DNA of 63,654 nucleotides, counting the filler, from Intoshia linei (Eukaryota > Animalia > Orthonectida), in the NCBI GenBank assembly GCA_001642005.1. It is 5 parts of 5 records of this genome, joined end to end, with 100 filler letters (N's around TTAATTAATTAA, not from the genome) between each part and the next. Parts side by side here need not be neighbours in the genome. Positions count along the whole stretch, not along the records: positions 19,493 to 43,111 come from LWCA01000551.1; 4 more parts are not named here. The stretch is one strand, 5' to 3'. Shown in pieces: positions 26,069-40,723 of the stretch. The translations under genes were made by a program, and so were the position numbers. The notes beneath the pieces were generated by a model. The model worked only from the letters and a program-made list of their open reading frames with translations. It did no database searches and was not told where the DNA came from. The number at the start of each line of letters is the position of its first letter. Position 1 is the stretch's first letter.

Positions 26069-26876
26069 CAGGCTAATTCCTATTTAACGAAATTTCTCGT
26101 TAACGGAAAAAACTCCTGATTAACGGACTGAATTTTTCTGAAGTACAACCATTCCGTTCAATTTTAACTTAAAATGACTAGCATCATAATATACTAAAAC
26201 TTTTTCAGTTGAAATTAAAAAATTTAGATAGGTAAACATATTATTTGCAGTGGTTCCCGGTTCAAATAGTGTACCGATCCCCCTTTTCAAAATATTTAAT
26301 TTTTTGGACCCTAAGGAACACATGAAATATAAAAAATTGATAAAAAAATACAGGTTTTTCATCATAGGATTTAGTAAATTAGTGTTTTTGAAAAAAATAT
26401 TGATTAAATTAAAATTTTTTTATTGAGAGTTGGTAAAATTTTATTTTTTATTTTAGGTTTTGGATTAGGAAGTTGTTGCTCACCAGATTTATTAATAGTA
26501 AAATCGTATTTTTCAAATAATATTGAAAAAAGAGGACATTTACCGTAAGTGTTAGTAATATTTTAGTTTTATTTTGGGGTTGGAATAAGAGGTTTTTTCG
26601 CAATATTTGATAAAATCGTGTTTTTCAAAAAAATAATGGAAAAAGGGTATTTTTCCATAAGGGTTGATAAATTTTTTATTAATTGAAATATTTTTATAAA
26701 GGTTTCGTAAAATCCAATTTTTCAAAAAAATATCGGTGAAAGTCAACGTTTTCCTGAAGGCTAGGGATGGTATTTTTTGTTAAATTTTCATTATTGTTGA
26801 TAAAAGTGGGATTTTTGAAATATAATAATGTAACAGTCGTTTATTCCAATTATTCCGTTAATGAGAAATTAGCCTG
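26069..26876. mobile_element. pogo/Tc1-type non-autonomous element
   Basis: TA|CAGGCTAATTCC...TTAACG and CGTTAATGAGAAATTAGCCTG|TA. Confidence 0.7.
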
Positions 26877-29031
26877 TACTTCAATTGACACATCTTACCC
26901 TACCTTTTGTAAATCATGTGATATAATTGTATTCTTCTAAATAACTTTTAAAAATTATGAATATCTAGAATAGTATTTTTTAAAGTTATATAAAATCTGT
27001 TTAGAGTTGGTAAGATATAGTATGTTTATTAGTTTGTTACTAATAAGTATTTTTTTAAATTTCGACCTAATTATGGTAAATATATGCTCAATATTTAATT
27101 AAAATTAATTACAAATGACTACAACAGGCATCAAAAACATCAAAAACGATAAAGATTTACTGAGAGGTGATAATAAAATTTTAATTCTAATAATTGAAAA
27201 TTATATTTTTGTTTATTTGTAGTTTATATTATCCTTTGTTGATAGATAAATACAACTACATAAAAATGAATACATTCATAAATTTTTTGAATATTAGACT
27301 TATTTTGTCTTATTGTATTTTTATTGTTATGAGAATCATCAATATTTAACCACTAAAAAATTTTTATATATTCTTTATGATTTATTTATAATTTTTTATA
27401 GAATTAGTTAACACCTCTTACTTTTCCAGTTTTTATAATAAAAAATTATTTAACTCGCAGTTTTCATTAATCAGTAACTCAACTAATCCTCGATTACTAC
27501 TCGAAACCATTGCGAAAATAAAAAATGGGCCCCTAATAAAATTTTTCACAGCCGATACGTAGTGTCACATAGCCTCTAGCCACATCTCTAAAGCTTTGAC
27601 TTGAAATATTAAATTTAACACACAAAATAGTTATTATATTCAGGAATGTATTTTTTTAATGCTCAAGTTGGAAAAATAAGGCCACCATTTTACAAAAATT
27701 TCGTTGAGCCCCGAAGAGGAGTTTCGGTACGGTAAGTTCGGCACTACCTTTAGGAAAAAGAAATTCAAATGCATATTATAATAAGTAAAATTGTAACTGT
27801 ATAATGATTTTACATGACCGTTATACATTTCTAAAAGCATTCGTGCCTTAAATGTTTAAATGTCATTTAATTTTTTGTTGCAAAAACTCCCTAAATAAAT
27901 TAAACCGGTTAAGCATTACTGCGCTAGATCATCAATCAATCATATTGAAAAATAAGATTTATCCCGTCCAAAATTTTATACTCTATTTTAGAGAACATCT
28001 ATTATTCATTATTTGACGATTAACATGCCACAGTTTGCTCATATATGACTTAATGTATGTAATAACACCTTAAAAATACCAAATTTCATAATTTTCAAAG
28101 CAATATTTCATTTCAACAGTTAAATATATAAAATTCGTCAAGATAAATTAACCATGTAACTATTCGTCTTTGTTGTGTATTATTGCAAATTATTTATAAT
28201 TCAGTTATACTCACTCATGTCTAATAAGTCAATATTATTACATTATCTCTACAAATTAACTACATTTTTTAAATATGACTTCAAAACAATCAAAATATAC
28301 CAAAATGTTTAAAAAATCTGTGAGGTTGTCTGTTAATTTGAATATATTTTCAAGTAATCTTAATTTATCATTAAATCCGAAATGAATAGACATTAAAATA
28401 TTCCATGAAAATATGTTTTGATAGTTTATATCAAATAAAAGATGGTGGCATACTACTACTCGTTGGATGGATACACGATTTTTCAATTTTAGTCTCAATT
28501 AGATCTACAATCTTTTTTTTTTAAATAATTCTTTTTTTTATATTTTGTTGATTTTACTTAATTTATTGGCGTCAAAGGAAATTAAAACATTTTAGATTTA
28601 AAAATGGAATATATCAGTATATAAAAAGTGGATCATATTTAATGTTTGAAAACTTCGTATACATCATCATGTATGTAAGGGGTCCCAACCTTTTGAGTAG
28701 CATGTGTAGTGTTCATTGTGCACCAAAATCTTTAAAAATTTACATTCTCGCGGTGAGCAACTTTTTTTGATATTATTTATCAAATTTGCGATATTGAATC
28801 TTGAAAAATTGTATTAACAATTATAGCTTTTTAAATAAACGGTAACTTAAATATATAAATTAAATAAAATAATATTAAATTAAAAAATATATATACGCTG
28901 ATACGGATTTTAAAATTATAAACATTATCATAAATTTAAAAAAATTTAATCTTCAGGGCCAAAACCACAAATTACCCTTCTTTTTTTAATGAAAACAGCC
29001 CTAGATTTTAAAAAAATTTACAGGTGGTACA

Positions 29032-29500
29032 CAGAGCCGTTTTTAGCCACTTCGTGGCCCTGGGCTAAACAAAGGACCGGAGGCCCTTTAAAGTTTTGAG
29101 CGAAGCAAAAAAGTATTTCTAAAAAAAATTTCGAGCGAAGCGATAAAAAAATTATAGGGCCCCTTTTTTGAAAATTAATAAGATCAAATCAAAGATTTCC
29201 TACTTTCTTTTTTGAATATTCACTTAATAGAAAGGTTTTAATGTTTAATAATATCATTTGAAACAGTTTTTATGTCAATATTATATGATGAACATTGTAG
29301 AATATATTTTAAATTGAATATTTACTAGAACTTTGATTCTTTAAACTATTTTCTTTCTAGCTATTTGAATTCCCACACTTCAAAACTTACAAACTGTTTC
29401 TTAAGATATAAGTGTAAATTACTTTTATTAATTCGGGGGCCTTTTTTAATGAGTGGCCCTGGGCTACATCCCATATTGCCCATGCTTTAAAACAGCTCTG
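29032..29500. mobile_element. hAT MITE inserted in a Helitron fragment (about 28890-29580)
   Basis: TIR CAGAGCCGTTTT / AAAACAGCTCTG and 8-bp TSD GTGGTACA; the empty site is visible at 22354-22361. Confidence 0.92.
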
Positions 29501-30574
29501 GTGGTACAGTTGTATTCTGTTAACACAAACAAAAAATTTCAATCCGAATAAGTGATGACTTCACGGTCAAAAAAGCATTTTATAATTTATATATAAATTT
29601 TTGAAAATCCGATTATTCGAAATATATTCCGATTATTGTAAGCGATTAACCGGGTTGTCGATTAATCGATTAATCGGATATCATTCTCTAATGTGTACGT
29701 TCCTATTCCGCTAGTTCAATCATTAATGATTTTTATGTATTTATTTTTGGTTAAGTAGAGCTTTAACAATTTTAAATTTTTAATAAAATTTAAAAATGTA
29801 AAAAAAGATTGATACTGCTATAATGTGAAAAAACTTTTAATTTTAATAATGCATGATTAATACACATTTAGTTACTGGTATTTCGAGATATTTTTGATTT
29901 GACTTTTCAACCTTTTCATTTAAATACGTTGTGCATCACTTATTATATTTATACACATTTTGTTGCAATTCATTCAATGTCATATTCTAAAAATAAATAA
30001 AGCAGTCTCAAATCAGGGATAAATCAAATTTTTCTTTATTATTTAATGTTTTACTATCATTCTGGTAACTTATGATCATCATAAATTGTTTAGCGTCCAT
30101 TGTTAGAAAGAATAACTTGTCCTGGATGATTAAATTTTTGTAATACATTACTAATTTACTAATTTTACGTGTAATAATAATGTTATATAAATGGTTATTA
30201 TTAATTTAAAAAAATAATGTATATAATAATTATAATTAAAAGCTTTTTTAATTTTTAGTTTTATAAACTTTAAATTTTTTATATTAATCAATATTTATAA
30301 GTTTTTTAGAACTATATAAGAACAATTTTTAACCAAATTGGCTTAAAAATATACCTAACATATAATGTTACAAATGTAAATATACTAAAAGGAAATTGTT
30401 CTTTTTTGACGTGCCTTATTGTTAATTATTAATGCCATTTTATAGTATTTTTTAGTGAATGTTTTTTGATATCAAAAATATTTAAATAATTTTCATATTT
30501 TTACAACTCTAAACACAATCTGCATTGCACATTACATATTACTGTCAGCAAAATAAATAATTAATAAACACTTA

Positions 30575-33500
30575 GATAAACATAAGAAAGCAAAGATAAA
30601 CACTCCAGATAAAATATCAACTCCACCACGGAATGACAATTCTATCGGTGACTTAAATCCAATAGAAAATAAGCGAATAATCATAGAAGGAGAAGATGTA
30701 TTCTTGTTAAAAATAAACCAAGACAAACTAGAAAAAGTTTTTATTAATTTTATTTTTAATTAAATGTAAAAAATATATAAAATGTATTCTAGATAATAAT
30801 CGAAAATGCGCCTTTAAGAAAAACAATAAAAAAAAAAACCAATAAAATAGAAAAAGAATCAAACGTAGAAAATATAAAACTGTAAATGATTATCAAAAAA
30901 TAATTATAAAATTATGATAGAAATTTAAAATTGACATTTTTATATTTTCATTCATGTTTAAGTCTTTAGGGTAGAGCCGAAACTACTGTACCCGAGATCT
31001 ATATATATTCCTCTTCGGGTGGCTTGGCGAAATTTATGTAAAATGATGGCTTTTCTTTGAATTTTTAATTTCCAAAAAAATTATATTTTTAAATATCATA
31101 ACTATTTTGTTTGCTAAATTTAAAATTTCAAGTCAATAGCCTTGGAGAGGAGGCTATTGGTTATATGACATTACGCATCGTTTTCGAAAAATTTTTAAGG
31201 CACCTATTTTAATTTTTTAGGTAACTGTAACTTTTTTGGGTAAGCTTGATAGGATCAGCTTTAGTATAACGTTTTTTACTAAAATTGATAAGGTTTATAT
31301 AATTTAATGTAAATGTTTAACCCATTAAAGGTGGTTAAATCTGGTTTTAGGGTAAGTATTGCGTATCAACTAAAAGTGGGAATTTGGAAGATAAATGAAC
31401 ATTGGAATCTTAATTTTATAGTTTTTGAGTATAAGTGACAATAATTGGCTTAAAATGATTTGAAATAATGATTGCCTCTAACAAAAACTACAAAATCTAA
31501 TTGCAAATATACGATTATAATCGTTATTATTAATTATATTAATTTAAATATTAAAATATACATATTCGTATTTATATTACATGATTTAGAGTCAACGTAT
31601 TAAAAAAAGCACCCAAAGATGCAAAACTAAAATCATTAGTATATTCTGGTAATTATATAAATTACTCAAAAAATGCATTAAATTAAATCATAATGATGGT
31701 ACTTAAAATTTAAACTCATTTAGATTTTGCTGGTCCAAATTTTGATGACTACGGAAATGTTATCCCTCACAGCATAATTGGTACAGTCGCTGAATACAAA
31801 TCTGCATGTCAAAAATATTTTAATGTATATTATAATATAGTATCATAATAAAAACTATTAACCATGTATAACTTATATCAATTTAATAGGTTAACTTTGA
31901 TGAAAAAGAAAGCATTGTACCAAATATGTTTGAATCGCCATCTCCGCGATATTCAGAATGTGGCCCTTTTAAAAACTGGAAAAGAAATATTAAAATTCAA
32001 AATAGACAAATCAATAACATAAAAAGTAAATTTATAAAAATTTAGTATTTCAGATTACAATCTGAAAATCTGACATGTGAGTAAAGATTTGAAATAAACA
32101 ACTTTATATCAAACTAGGTTGAATGTTATGTAATACGTACAAACAGCACCTAGCTCTGCCGAGGGCACATTTTTATTCTACCAAAAAAATAAATTCACGT
32201 TAAAAATCTAACTTAAAAATCGTACTATTCACTATTATCAAACCTTTAAAGGAGTGGTTCCCAAACTTGTTTCAGGAATGAATTATATAGATTTTCACCA
32301 TAATTCTTTGTTATAAATGTGTAACGTTTAATGCACATTTTCTTTGAAATTGTAGGATAAATATTTAAATTTTCAATTTTTATGTTAATCGAAATATTTG
32401 ACAAATATTGGTTAATAATATATTAAAAATTATTTTTCACCGGCAATGCGTAGATTTCTGGGGTTAAAATTTTGTATTTATATCAACTGAAATAAGCTAT
32501 ATCAGAATAATCTTTTTTTAATTTTCGGACAGTTATCTATTTAACATTTTTTGTTTTAATAGAATATAATGTAAAATCGACGAAATATAAGGCGATAAAT
32601 TATCTACGAATATTATTTATTATGCGATCCTGAAAATATATTAAAATAAGATGATATTTATTTATAATAATGTAAATATATTAAATATTTAACCATTGAC
32701 AACAGAGCAAAACCTACTATACCTCGAGACTTCTTGTAAATCAAAAATAGGCCCTAGCAATATCTCAAAAGATTTGGATTGTACAGTTTAGATTTGAAAC
32801 AAAAAACCGTTGAATAACATGCAAAAATATACTATTTTTAAATAAAAAAATTTAGGAAAATGACATTTTTTATTACATTAGTATAGTTGTGTTATACATC
32901 TAAAAAGTGGTCACTTTTCGGGCTTTACTGTAGTTTAATCATTTAATTTTCTTTCGATTAACACTAAATTTAAGAGATTAAAAGCGAAATTTTTAAGAAT
33001 TAAAAATTTGTCTGTGTCAATTTAGAAAATTGTAACCCACAGATAATATTATACCTGTGAAATTACCCATTACAGTTAAATTATGTTTTTAAATATAATA
33101 GTATATTTATGTCATTATCATATCTTAGAAGTCACGGGTAAAAAATACAAGGACGTACTAATAAGTGATGTATCTAATTTCCGTGTAAAACGAGAAATGG
33201 CTCAACTAATGGAAAAATTTTTACCAGAAATTGAAAATGGACATGGATGTAACATTCAATATAAATTAATTAACGTTTAAAATAATTAGATCGGAGAAAC
33301 AGTGAATTTTGGAATCAATGTGAATTTATTACTAAACAAAAGAATCCACTTCAGTAATTAAAAATTTTAATTTTATTTTTAATATTTCAATAAAGCATAT
33401 CTCTCAACTTGACACAAAAGGGATTAGATCAATTTGAGTTTATTGGTTTTCCAGCGTTCACAATTCATGAAAAAGGTTTGGCAATTTAAAAATTTAAAGT

Positions 33501-36500
33501 TATTGAATCACTTTAACTTATAATATATAAACCAGTATATAGGTTTATAATGTATTATATAGGTATTAAGGATAAAAGCATAATAACTACAATGTCTCAA
33601 ATAAAAAATCCGTATTTTCGTAAAAGATGGAAGCAATTGCTGGTATCCATTAGAAAAGCAAACTTGCACATTCCGGTATATTAAATGTGACACAATATAT
33701 CAGTGCTTTTCATATTTATGTGATTGTTTACCAAGGGGTGAATACAAAAATTGTAGATGATTGGGATGAATAGGGTTAATGATACATTTTCAGTATATTT
33801 TATTCAATCATCCAATTGAGTAAAATCTTATGAGAAAAAACCAAAATTTGAACAACCCTTAAGGAAAAAGTCCCATTTTGACAATATTTTTTTAAAAAAT
33901 TCAATTTTAATAAACTTTTAGATGAAAAATCCCTATCTAATTCCAAAAGAAAAAACTAAAACTAGAACAAAAATATATGCTTTCCAGGGGGAATACTTTA
34001 AAAAGTTTTATAATCACTACATTACATTATATGAAATTAATATCTTAAATTTACACTAAATACACTAAAATAATCTTATAAAGAATGATTCAAAATTTAT
34101 TTCTGTATTTGTACATTTATTTCGTTGTAAAAATAATTCCCTTATAAACATTTGAGACTGAAAAAACTTGAAAAGATTAAATCAATTTACACAATATTCA
34201 TAATTTTTTTTGACAAAATCTATGAAAATTCGCATTAGAGATTTGCTCACTTTTAATTTAAAATTTTGGTTAAACAAAAAGTTTAATCCGACCCATAATC
34301 AAAAATGTCATATGAAATTATTTTCCAAATAAATTATCATTCCATATAGGACTTTGATAATTTGGATATTATTAATAAAAAGGAATATTCTTTGTTAATG
34401 TCGAATCGAACCAGTAATATCATTCAGACGTCAATTGAAGGTGGTTTTTTATCACAAGATCAAATTGATGATGTCAACAAGTAAATTCTAATTATCATAT
34501 TATAATGCTAAATATTAATACAAAGCTATGTACTATCACACTACTTAAATGTTTTGATTGTAATTTTAACATTTTAACATTAAAACATTTTAAAATTACA
34601 TTTTACAAAATAAAAATACCTCATTTTCCAAAAATGGCAAACTTTGATGTAAATACGATAATGGCTATATTATCAAATATTCCTGTTTCCAAAATTTTTA
34701 TTAAAGGGGCAATTTTTTTAATCTATTTTAAGTTACACATTTCAATCAATATGGTATTCGTTTTTTCTACGAACCTTTTACAGACATTTGTATAATTAAA
34801 CATTTTTATTTTAGAACAAGTCAAAATGTGCACCAAGAATCTGAAAAAGAATGTCAAGAATCTCAAAAATACCCGACATTAGAATTTGATGACTACACTC
34901 TACATTGGCCTGAATTGAATGATGAGGATGACGATAATAATAGCGTACAAAATCCACTGAGTGAAAACATTGCATATCAAAAATGGATATTTTTTGAAAC
35001 TTTTGATATAGACGAAATATCTGAAGAGTGTATCAATATAACAAACAGTGGACCAACTTCTATATCATATAAATGGGTTTTAATGGAAAAAATCAAAAAT
35101 TTTGATATACCAGAAGAAAATATTCACAATTTTTACTTTATTTCACAAAGTGGTACATTATATCCAAATCAACCCCAATCTTTCAAATTTTATTTTAAAT
35201 CCTCTAAAATTGGGATGTATAGGGAAAAATGGTTATTGAAGTTAGAACCATCGTTTGAAAAAGCTGGGCATATTATTATTAGCATGAAAGGTGTTTGTAC
35301 AACGTTGAATAAAGCTAAGGAGAGAAGAAAAAATATTATTACCAAGAATATTAATCGGTTTCAAAATGAAAGAATTAGTAAAAAAATTATTTATCAAATC
35401 ATTGAAGATATCAGACCTTTTGAAAGACCCGTTTCTCCTATTGAATCTTTTCAAACACATGTTGATGTTTTTAAGGGCTATAATCCAAATGTATTTTATT
35501 TTTATCTTTATTATTATTTTTATTATTTTTTTTATCTAGTAATCTTATTTTTTTTATTATTCAGAAAGGAGTAATTTAGGTTTTTGGATTTAATGATATA
35601 AGATTAAAATTTAAGATGTATATTTTTGATTTTGAAATTTATCATTCTTTTTATTCCTAATATTACTTAGAAAAAATATTAAAAATATAGAATTTTACAG
35701 TATTATTTTGACTTTCTGTATCAGTCTCTCATGACTCTCAGTATTAATTTCTGAAATTGTCAGTTTTTTAAAAATATATGGTTAGTAACAATTGGTTTAT
35801 ACATTTATACGCATTTTACGAAAATTTTACTACTACGAGTATATACAAGTAAGTAGAGGCTTAACTATTTAAAATTTCTTTTATTCGCCAAAACTTTAAA
35901 AATTAACTATGATGTTTTTATGTCAAAGTTCATATTTTTTCAAAAAAAATGAAAACCTCAGAATTTACGAACAATATGATGAAATTTATTGAGTTTTATA
36001 AAAATGAAGTAAATAAAACAAAGTAGAGAATTCAAGAAGTACAAAACTTTAATGGGGTTACGATATTTGGTATAAACCTTCATTAAGAATGAATGTAGTT
36101 CTACTTTTTGCCCTTTTATATATTTCTCTTGTGGTTTTTTTAATTGATTTATTTTTGATTTTAAAGATGGTTGTTTTCTTTATAATTTACTTAAAAACGA
36201 TATATGAACATTAAAACTTATTTCGATAAAACCAGAATAAATGAGTTAAAATTTATGCATTAGAAACGAATTTTTGAAACCAGATTCATAGCAACCACCC
36301 CAAAATTAATACTGCATTATAGCTAATAAAATTGGCTTTTATATTAATATTAACATTTTTGTATTAATTTCAATAATTGCATTTGGGGGAAAGTAAATAT
36401 TAGTCGATTTAAAAATTATTTTTAATATTTTTGATAAATTTGATAAAGATAATAATACCTTGCAAAATTTTTTTTCTAGTAAAAAAAGTGGACGCCCCAC

Positions 36501-38692
36501 TGCGAAAGACTAAACTTACTATGCAGAAAGAGACCCGGAAAATGAAAAATATTCCCAGGGTAAATTTATGCAAAAGATACGTAATACCATATAGTCATAG
36601 TAACCTCTTTACGGAATTGGACTTGACGTTTTAAATTTGACGGATAAACAGTTATGATATGCAAAATTATTTTTTTATTAAATGCCGAATTTGGTAATAA
36701 TATGAGGAAAAATTTTCGTTGAGTCCTACCCGAAAACGGCTCTCGGTACGGTAGTTTCGACTGTGTTACTGTGCATATAAATTAATAATTTAAATCAAAA
36801 TGTTGATGAATCATTAAATAGTTGAAATTTCAATAATTTAAAAATCTGTAATCTATCTAAATAGAGTTGAAAAAATTTTGATTTGGTTTGATGAGAAAAT
36901 TAGATATATTAATTATTTTTAAAGTAGTTTAATATTTTATTGATTATTTAAATTTAGCTACATTATTCTGAATCAGCTATCAGAGACTTTAGTAAAATTT
37001 TCAGAGATGTGGCCGGACCAAAATCACAGTGGGATATGAATATTGAATCAATTATATGCAATCTTGATAATATTAAAGATAAAGGGACTAAAAAACAAGA
37101 TATTGTGACAAATGTAAACAAATTGGTTTGTTTACATTCCAAAGAAAAACTTAAACCCATATCTTCAGATAAAATTGCTTTATGGTAATTTATAAAAATT
37201 TCAAACGTAACATTAAACGTCCATCAATTTTTTTTAGGATTGCTATTTATGATAATGCTAATGATTTTAAAACTAATCACAGAATTTATATTTTATAAAA
37301 ATTGAAACTTTTTGGTTTTAGTTTAATTTAAGGTTTTATAAATAAAAATTAAAGTTTCTGACGTTAACATTTACGCCAATGGTAACGACTTTTAAATGCG
37401 TTCCATAATATATTCCTTTTTAAATATTAGCGCTGATTTTATTTTTAAAAAAATAAAAAAATTAGTCTTTAACCGTGAAGAACTCAATATCGGAAATTAA
37501 AATTTGCAATGATGCATCACTTTTGAAAAATTATATTAGCAAATGGGTTTTTAAATAAACGGTAACACAAACATTATATTTTATATAAGTAATTGATGTA
37601 ATGTATATATTTTTTGGTGGTTCACAGGTTTTTTTGCAATACCATCATAAGGGTCTACAGCGAAAAACGGTTGAGAATGTCTGGTTTAAATCACTCCTTA
37701 TTTTCATATACATGTATGTAGGAATTGTTTAATTTTTATTCAAATTAGCTCATTTACCGTAGATTCTTTTACATTTTGTTTTATAATGAAATGATTCAAT
37801 AATTATACGAATACATAAATATAATAATTGTACAATAAATACTATACAAGCATCCTATCGTGCTCCTTATAGTGATCACGGCACGATAAAATAATTGCCG
37901 TCATGAAATTTAAGTTTTTATGAAAAAAATGTCATTGTTCCTATTAAATGTAATTATTGTTGTCAAAATAATAAATTGTTGCAAATTAAAATTATTCAAA
38001 AACTGTACAGCATTTAAAAAAAAGTAATTTAGATTTTAATTTGTGTATTTAACGATAACACATTGATAAACATTCAATTTTAAATGAGTAAAAGACAAAT
38101 TTGATCCTCACCTAACTATGAAAATTATAAAATGTGTTTATCCGTCAAAAACGGTGACGATCTTTGCAATACACTAATATTTAAAAATAATCTTTATTTG
38201 TAGTCGAATAATAATTTCCGAAATTGCCGATAAAATAGCGATTGAATCGATTCGTCTTAAAATTCTTATTGGGTTTAACGAAATTACAGGTATATTATTT
38301 AAAGTCTACTAATAAAATTTAAAATTTTAGACAATTACAACGTAAAACACAAAAAACCAAAAGGAATAATAAATAAATTGCAACAAACAGACACGGAAAA
38401 GGCAAATACCAAAGATAAAGAGGTAAAATATAAAAGTATTATTTATATACATATCTAGAATGTAAATCGAACGAAAAATATGAAAATGAATACAAAAATT
38501 GGATTAGACACAAAAAAATCATTCGATTTGTTAATTTACAACAAGTATTACGATAAATTATACATTTCGGTAAATTTTGTATAAATGAAATTAATTTAAT
38601 TTAATTTTGAAATTTAGACGTACAACATGTTAAAATCATCAGTAAATGATATGGTTGAAATTTTTAAAGAAATGGATAATTTGTACAAATAG
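30575..38692 (+). CDS. MYCBPAP: MYCBP-associated protein (AMAP-1)-like, multi-exon; 5' end unresolved
   Basis: Exons encode FAGPNFDDYGNVIPHSIIG (31724-), SNFRVKREMAQLMEK/NGHG and SEFW (33130-33315), FEFIGFPAFTIHEKG, ITNSGPTSISYKW...EKWLLKLEP...ERPVSP (34816-35490), and last exon TYNMLKSSVNDMVEIF. Motif order matches MYCBPAP as recalled. Confidence 0.75.
32114..32560 (-). mobile_element. Helitron 3' portion, internally deleted
   Basis: Reverse complement of the hairpin+CTAG|T end and of internal blocks of 22002-23429. Confidence 0.8.
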
Positions 38693-38763
38693 AAATATGT
38701 CATCAATTTGTACCTATTTAAATAATTTATTGGCATAATGAAAAAATTATCAATATTTTTATT

Positions 38764-40723
38764 TTAATCGTCATCATCTTCATTGATATCATCAGAGGTT
38801 AACATTGCATATAAACATGGGTCGTTCAAACATCCCTCTATAAATTCATATTTTGTTAATACATTGTCATTATTGGAATCCATTTTTTCAAATATTTCTG
38901 CTGTGCGCTCTTCTGCAGTCTGTGTAATTTTTTTTGATCCAATCATGTTATAAATGGACTAAAATTTAATTATCGATACATTTATTTTGAAACTACACAT
39001 TATATTTTGAAATTTAATGTAGTATTAATCATGAGACTTCTAAATTTAAAATATATTGAACTTAACGTTTCAAGGGTCAACTTTTTTGATGTGGAAGTCG
39101 AATCCAACTCAAGACGCAATGATGAGGATCTAATGAACAATTCGATACTATAATTTTATCATCTTTTAAGTCTTATACGAAATTTAATAAAAGTTGACAA
39201 AATTAAAAATATAAAACTCGGCCACCATACCAAATAACAGCAGACTATAACACTGGTTGTTGGGAATCGCCTCTTGGGGTTATTTTACTGAAATGTTTGA
39301 TTTTTCCAATGGTCCCCATAATTTTATGTGGACATTGGTTTACATTAGAGCTCTGTAATTCCGTCCTAGTCGCAATTAGACACGAGCCGAAGTTCTTGAT
39401 CGGATTAAATTTAGCTAAAGACTAATATTACTGAAATTTTAAAATTCTCATTTGGAATGTTTTCAATTTTTCAAAAATAAAAATTTTTTGATTAATTTTA
39501 ATCACAGGATCACACTAAAACAATTTAAAAAGCCACCAGTTTAACGATTTTAACTTTTAACTCACTTAAGGCCTATGTAGTATAATTATACTTCGGTCAA
39601 TAATAATGTAACATAGTTACCAACCATATACGGAAACGTGCTTGTTTAATTAAATTTAAATTCTCTACAAAAACCATGAAACTCCTCCACCAATCCTATT
39701 TTGCTGAAATTACAATTATATTACGTCTAATTTATCTCTGAATAAAATAAATTAACAGAATCAATAATCATAATTATGATAAAATTTAAATCAGAAACCA
39801 AAAATACAGCCGCACCCTAAAAACAATACATATGCCTAATTAAACATTTTCAACACGAATTTCATAACTCTATAATATAAACAAACCATTCAATTTAAAT
39901 AAATCAAAAATATTATTAAATATACATGATTTCCGTAATAATTACAAGTAAAAATCAATAAATTATTTTACTAGTTTAAGTTATAATAAAGACAAACCCC
40001 TACAGGATATGATTTCAGGTAAATATATATAATATATTATTCCGCATAAATCTCAATACAAGATAATAACAAATAAATGTTGACCCTTAGGTCATAAAAA
40101 ATATTCAAACTATTTCAAAAAAATATCACACATCAGAAAATTACAATGTTTGATAATTTCCAATATAGTTCAAAACAGTCATTAATTAATCAATTAATTC
40201 AAATTAAAATAAAATAATATTGAGTAAAACGGCATATAATGCATTCTAAAAGGTTAAAATGAAATTATATACAAATTTGCAATATAAATTACATTAATAA
40301 TTTCAGACATTTCTTCCCTGGAAATTTCACCATTTCCATCAATATCATACATTAAAAATGCCCATTCGAGTTTTTTCCTGGGATCGTCTGATGATGTTAT
40401 ATTGATTGCCATAAGAAATTCTTTAAAGTCAATGTGACCACTGTTATCAACATCAAATGTTCGAAAAACATGGTCACAAAAATGTTGAGCGTTCCCCTCG
40501 GGAAAAAAGCTGGAATAGACATTAATAAATTTTTCTCTAGATAAATTTCCATCTGGACAATCTCGCTTTAAATGATGAAATAAAATAAAATTCAGTGATA
40601 AAATGAAATTACCATAAATCCTTTATACCACTCCTTAATCTGGAATTTAGTAAATGTGGTTTGATTTTGCAAAAGTCGGATATCATCTTTAGATAGTTTT
40701 TGTTTACTCTTGGATTGCCCCAT
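38764..40723 (-). CDS. Neuronal calcium sensor (neurocalcin/NCS-2-like), 192 aa; exons 40723-40613, 40565-40293, 38958-38764
   Basis: MGQSKS myristoylation motif, EWYKGFM|RDCPDG, EF-hands [24 protein letters not shown] and [12 protein letters not shown]. Confidence 0.95.

Noticed and set aside
28256-28498. 80-aa minus ORF (also 62931-63179)
   Set aside because: No ATG start, no recognisable motif, and no convincing exon partners.
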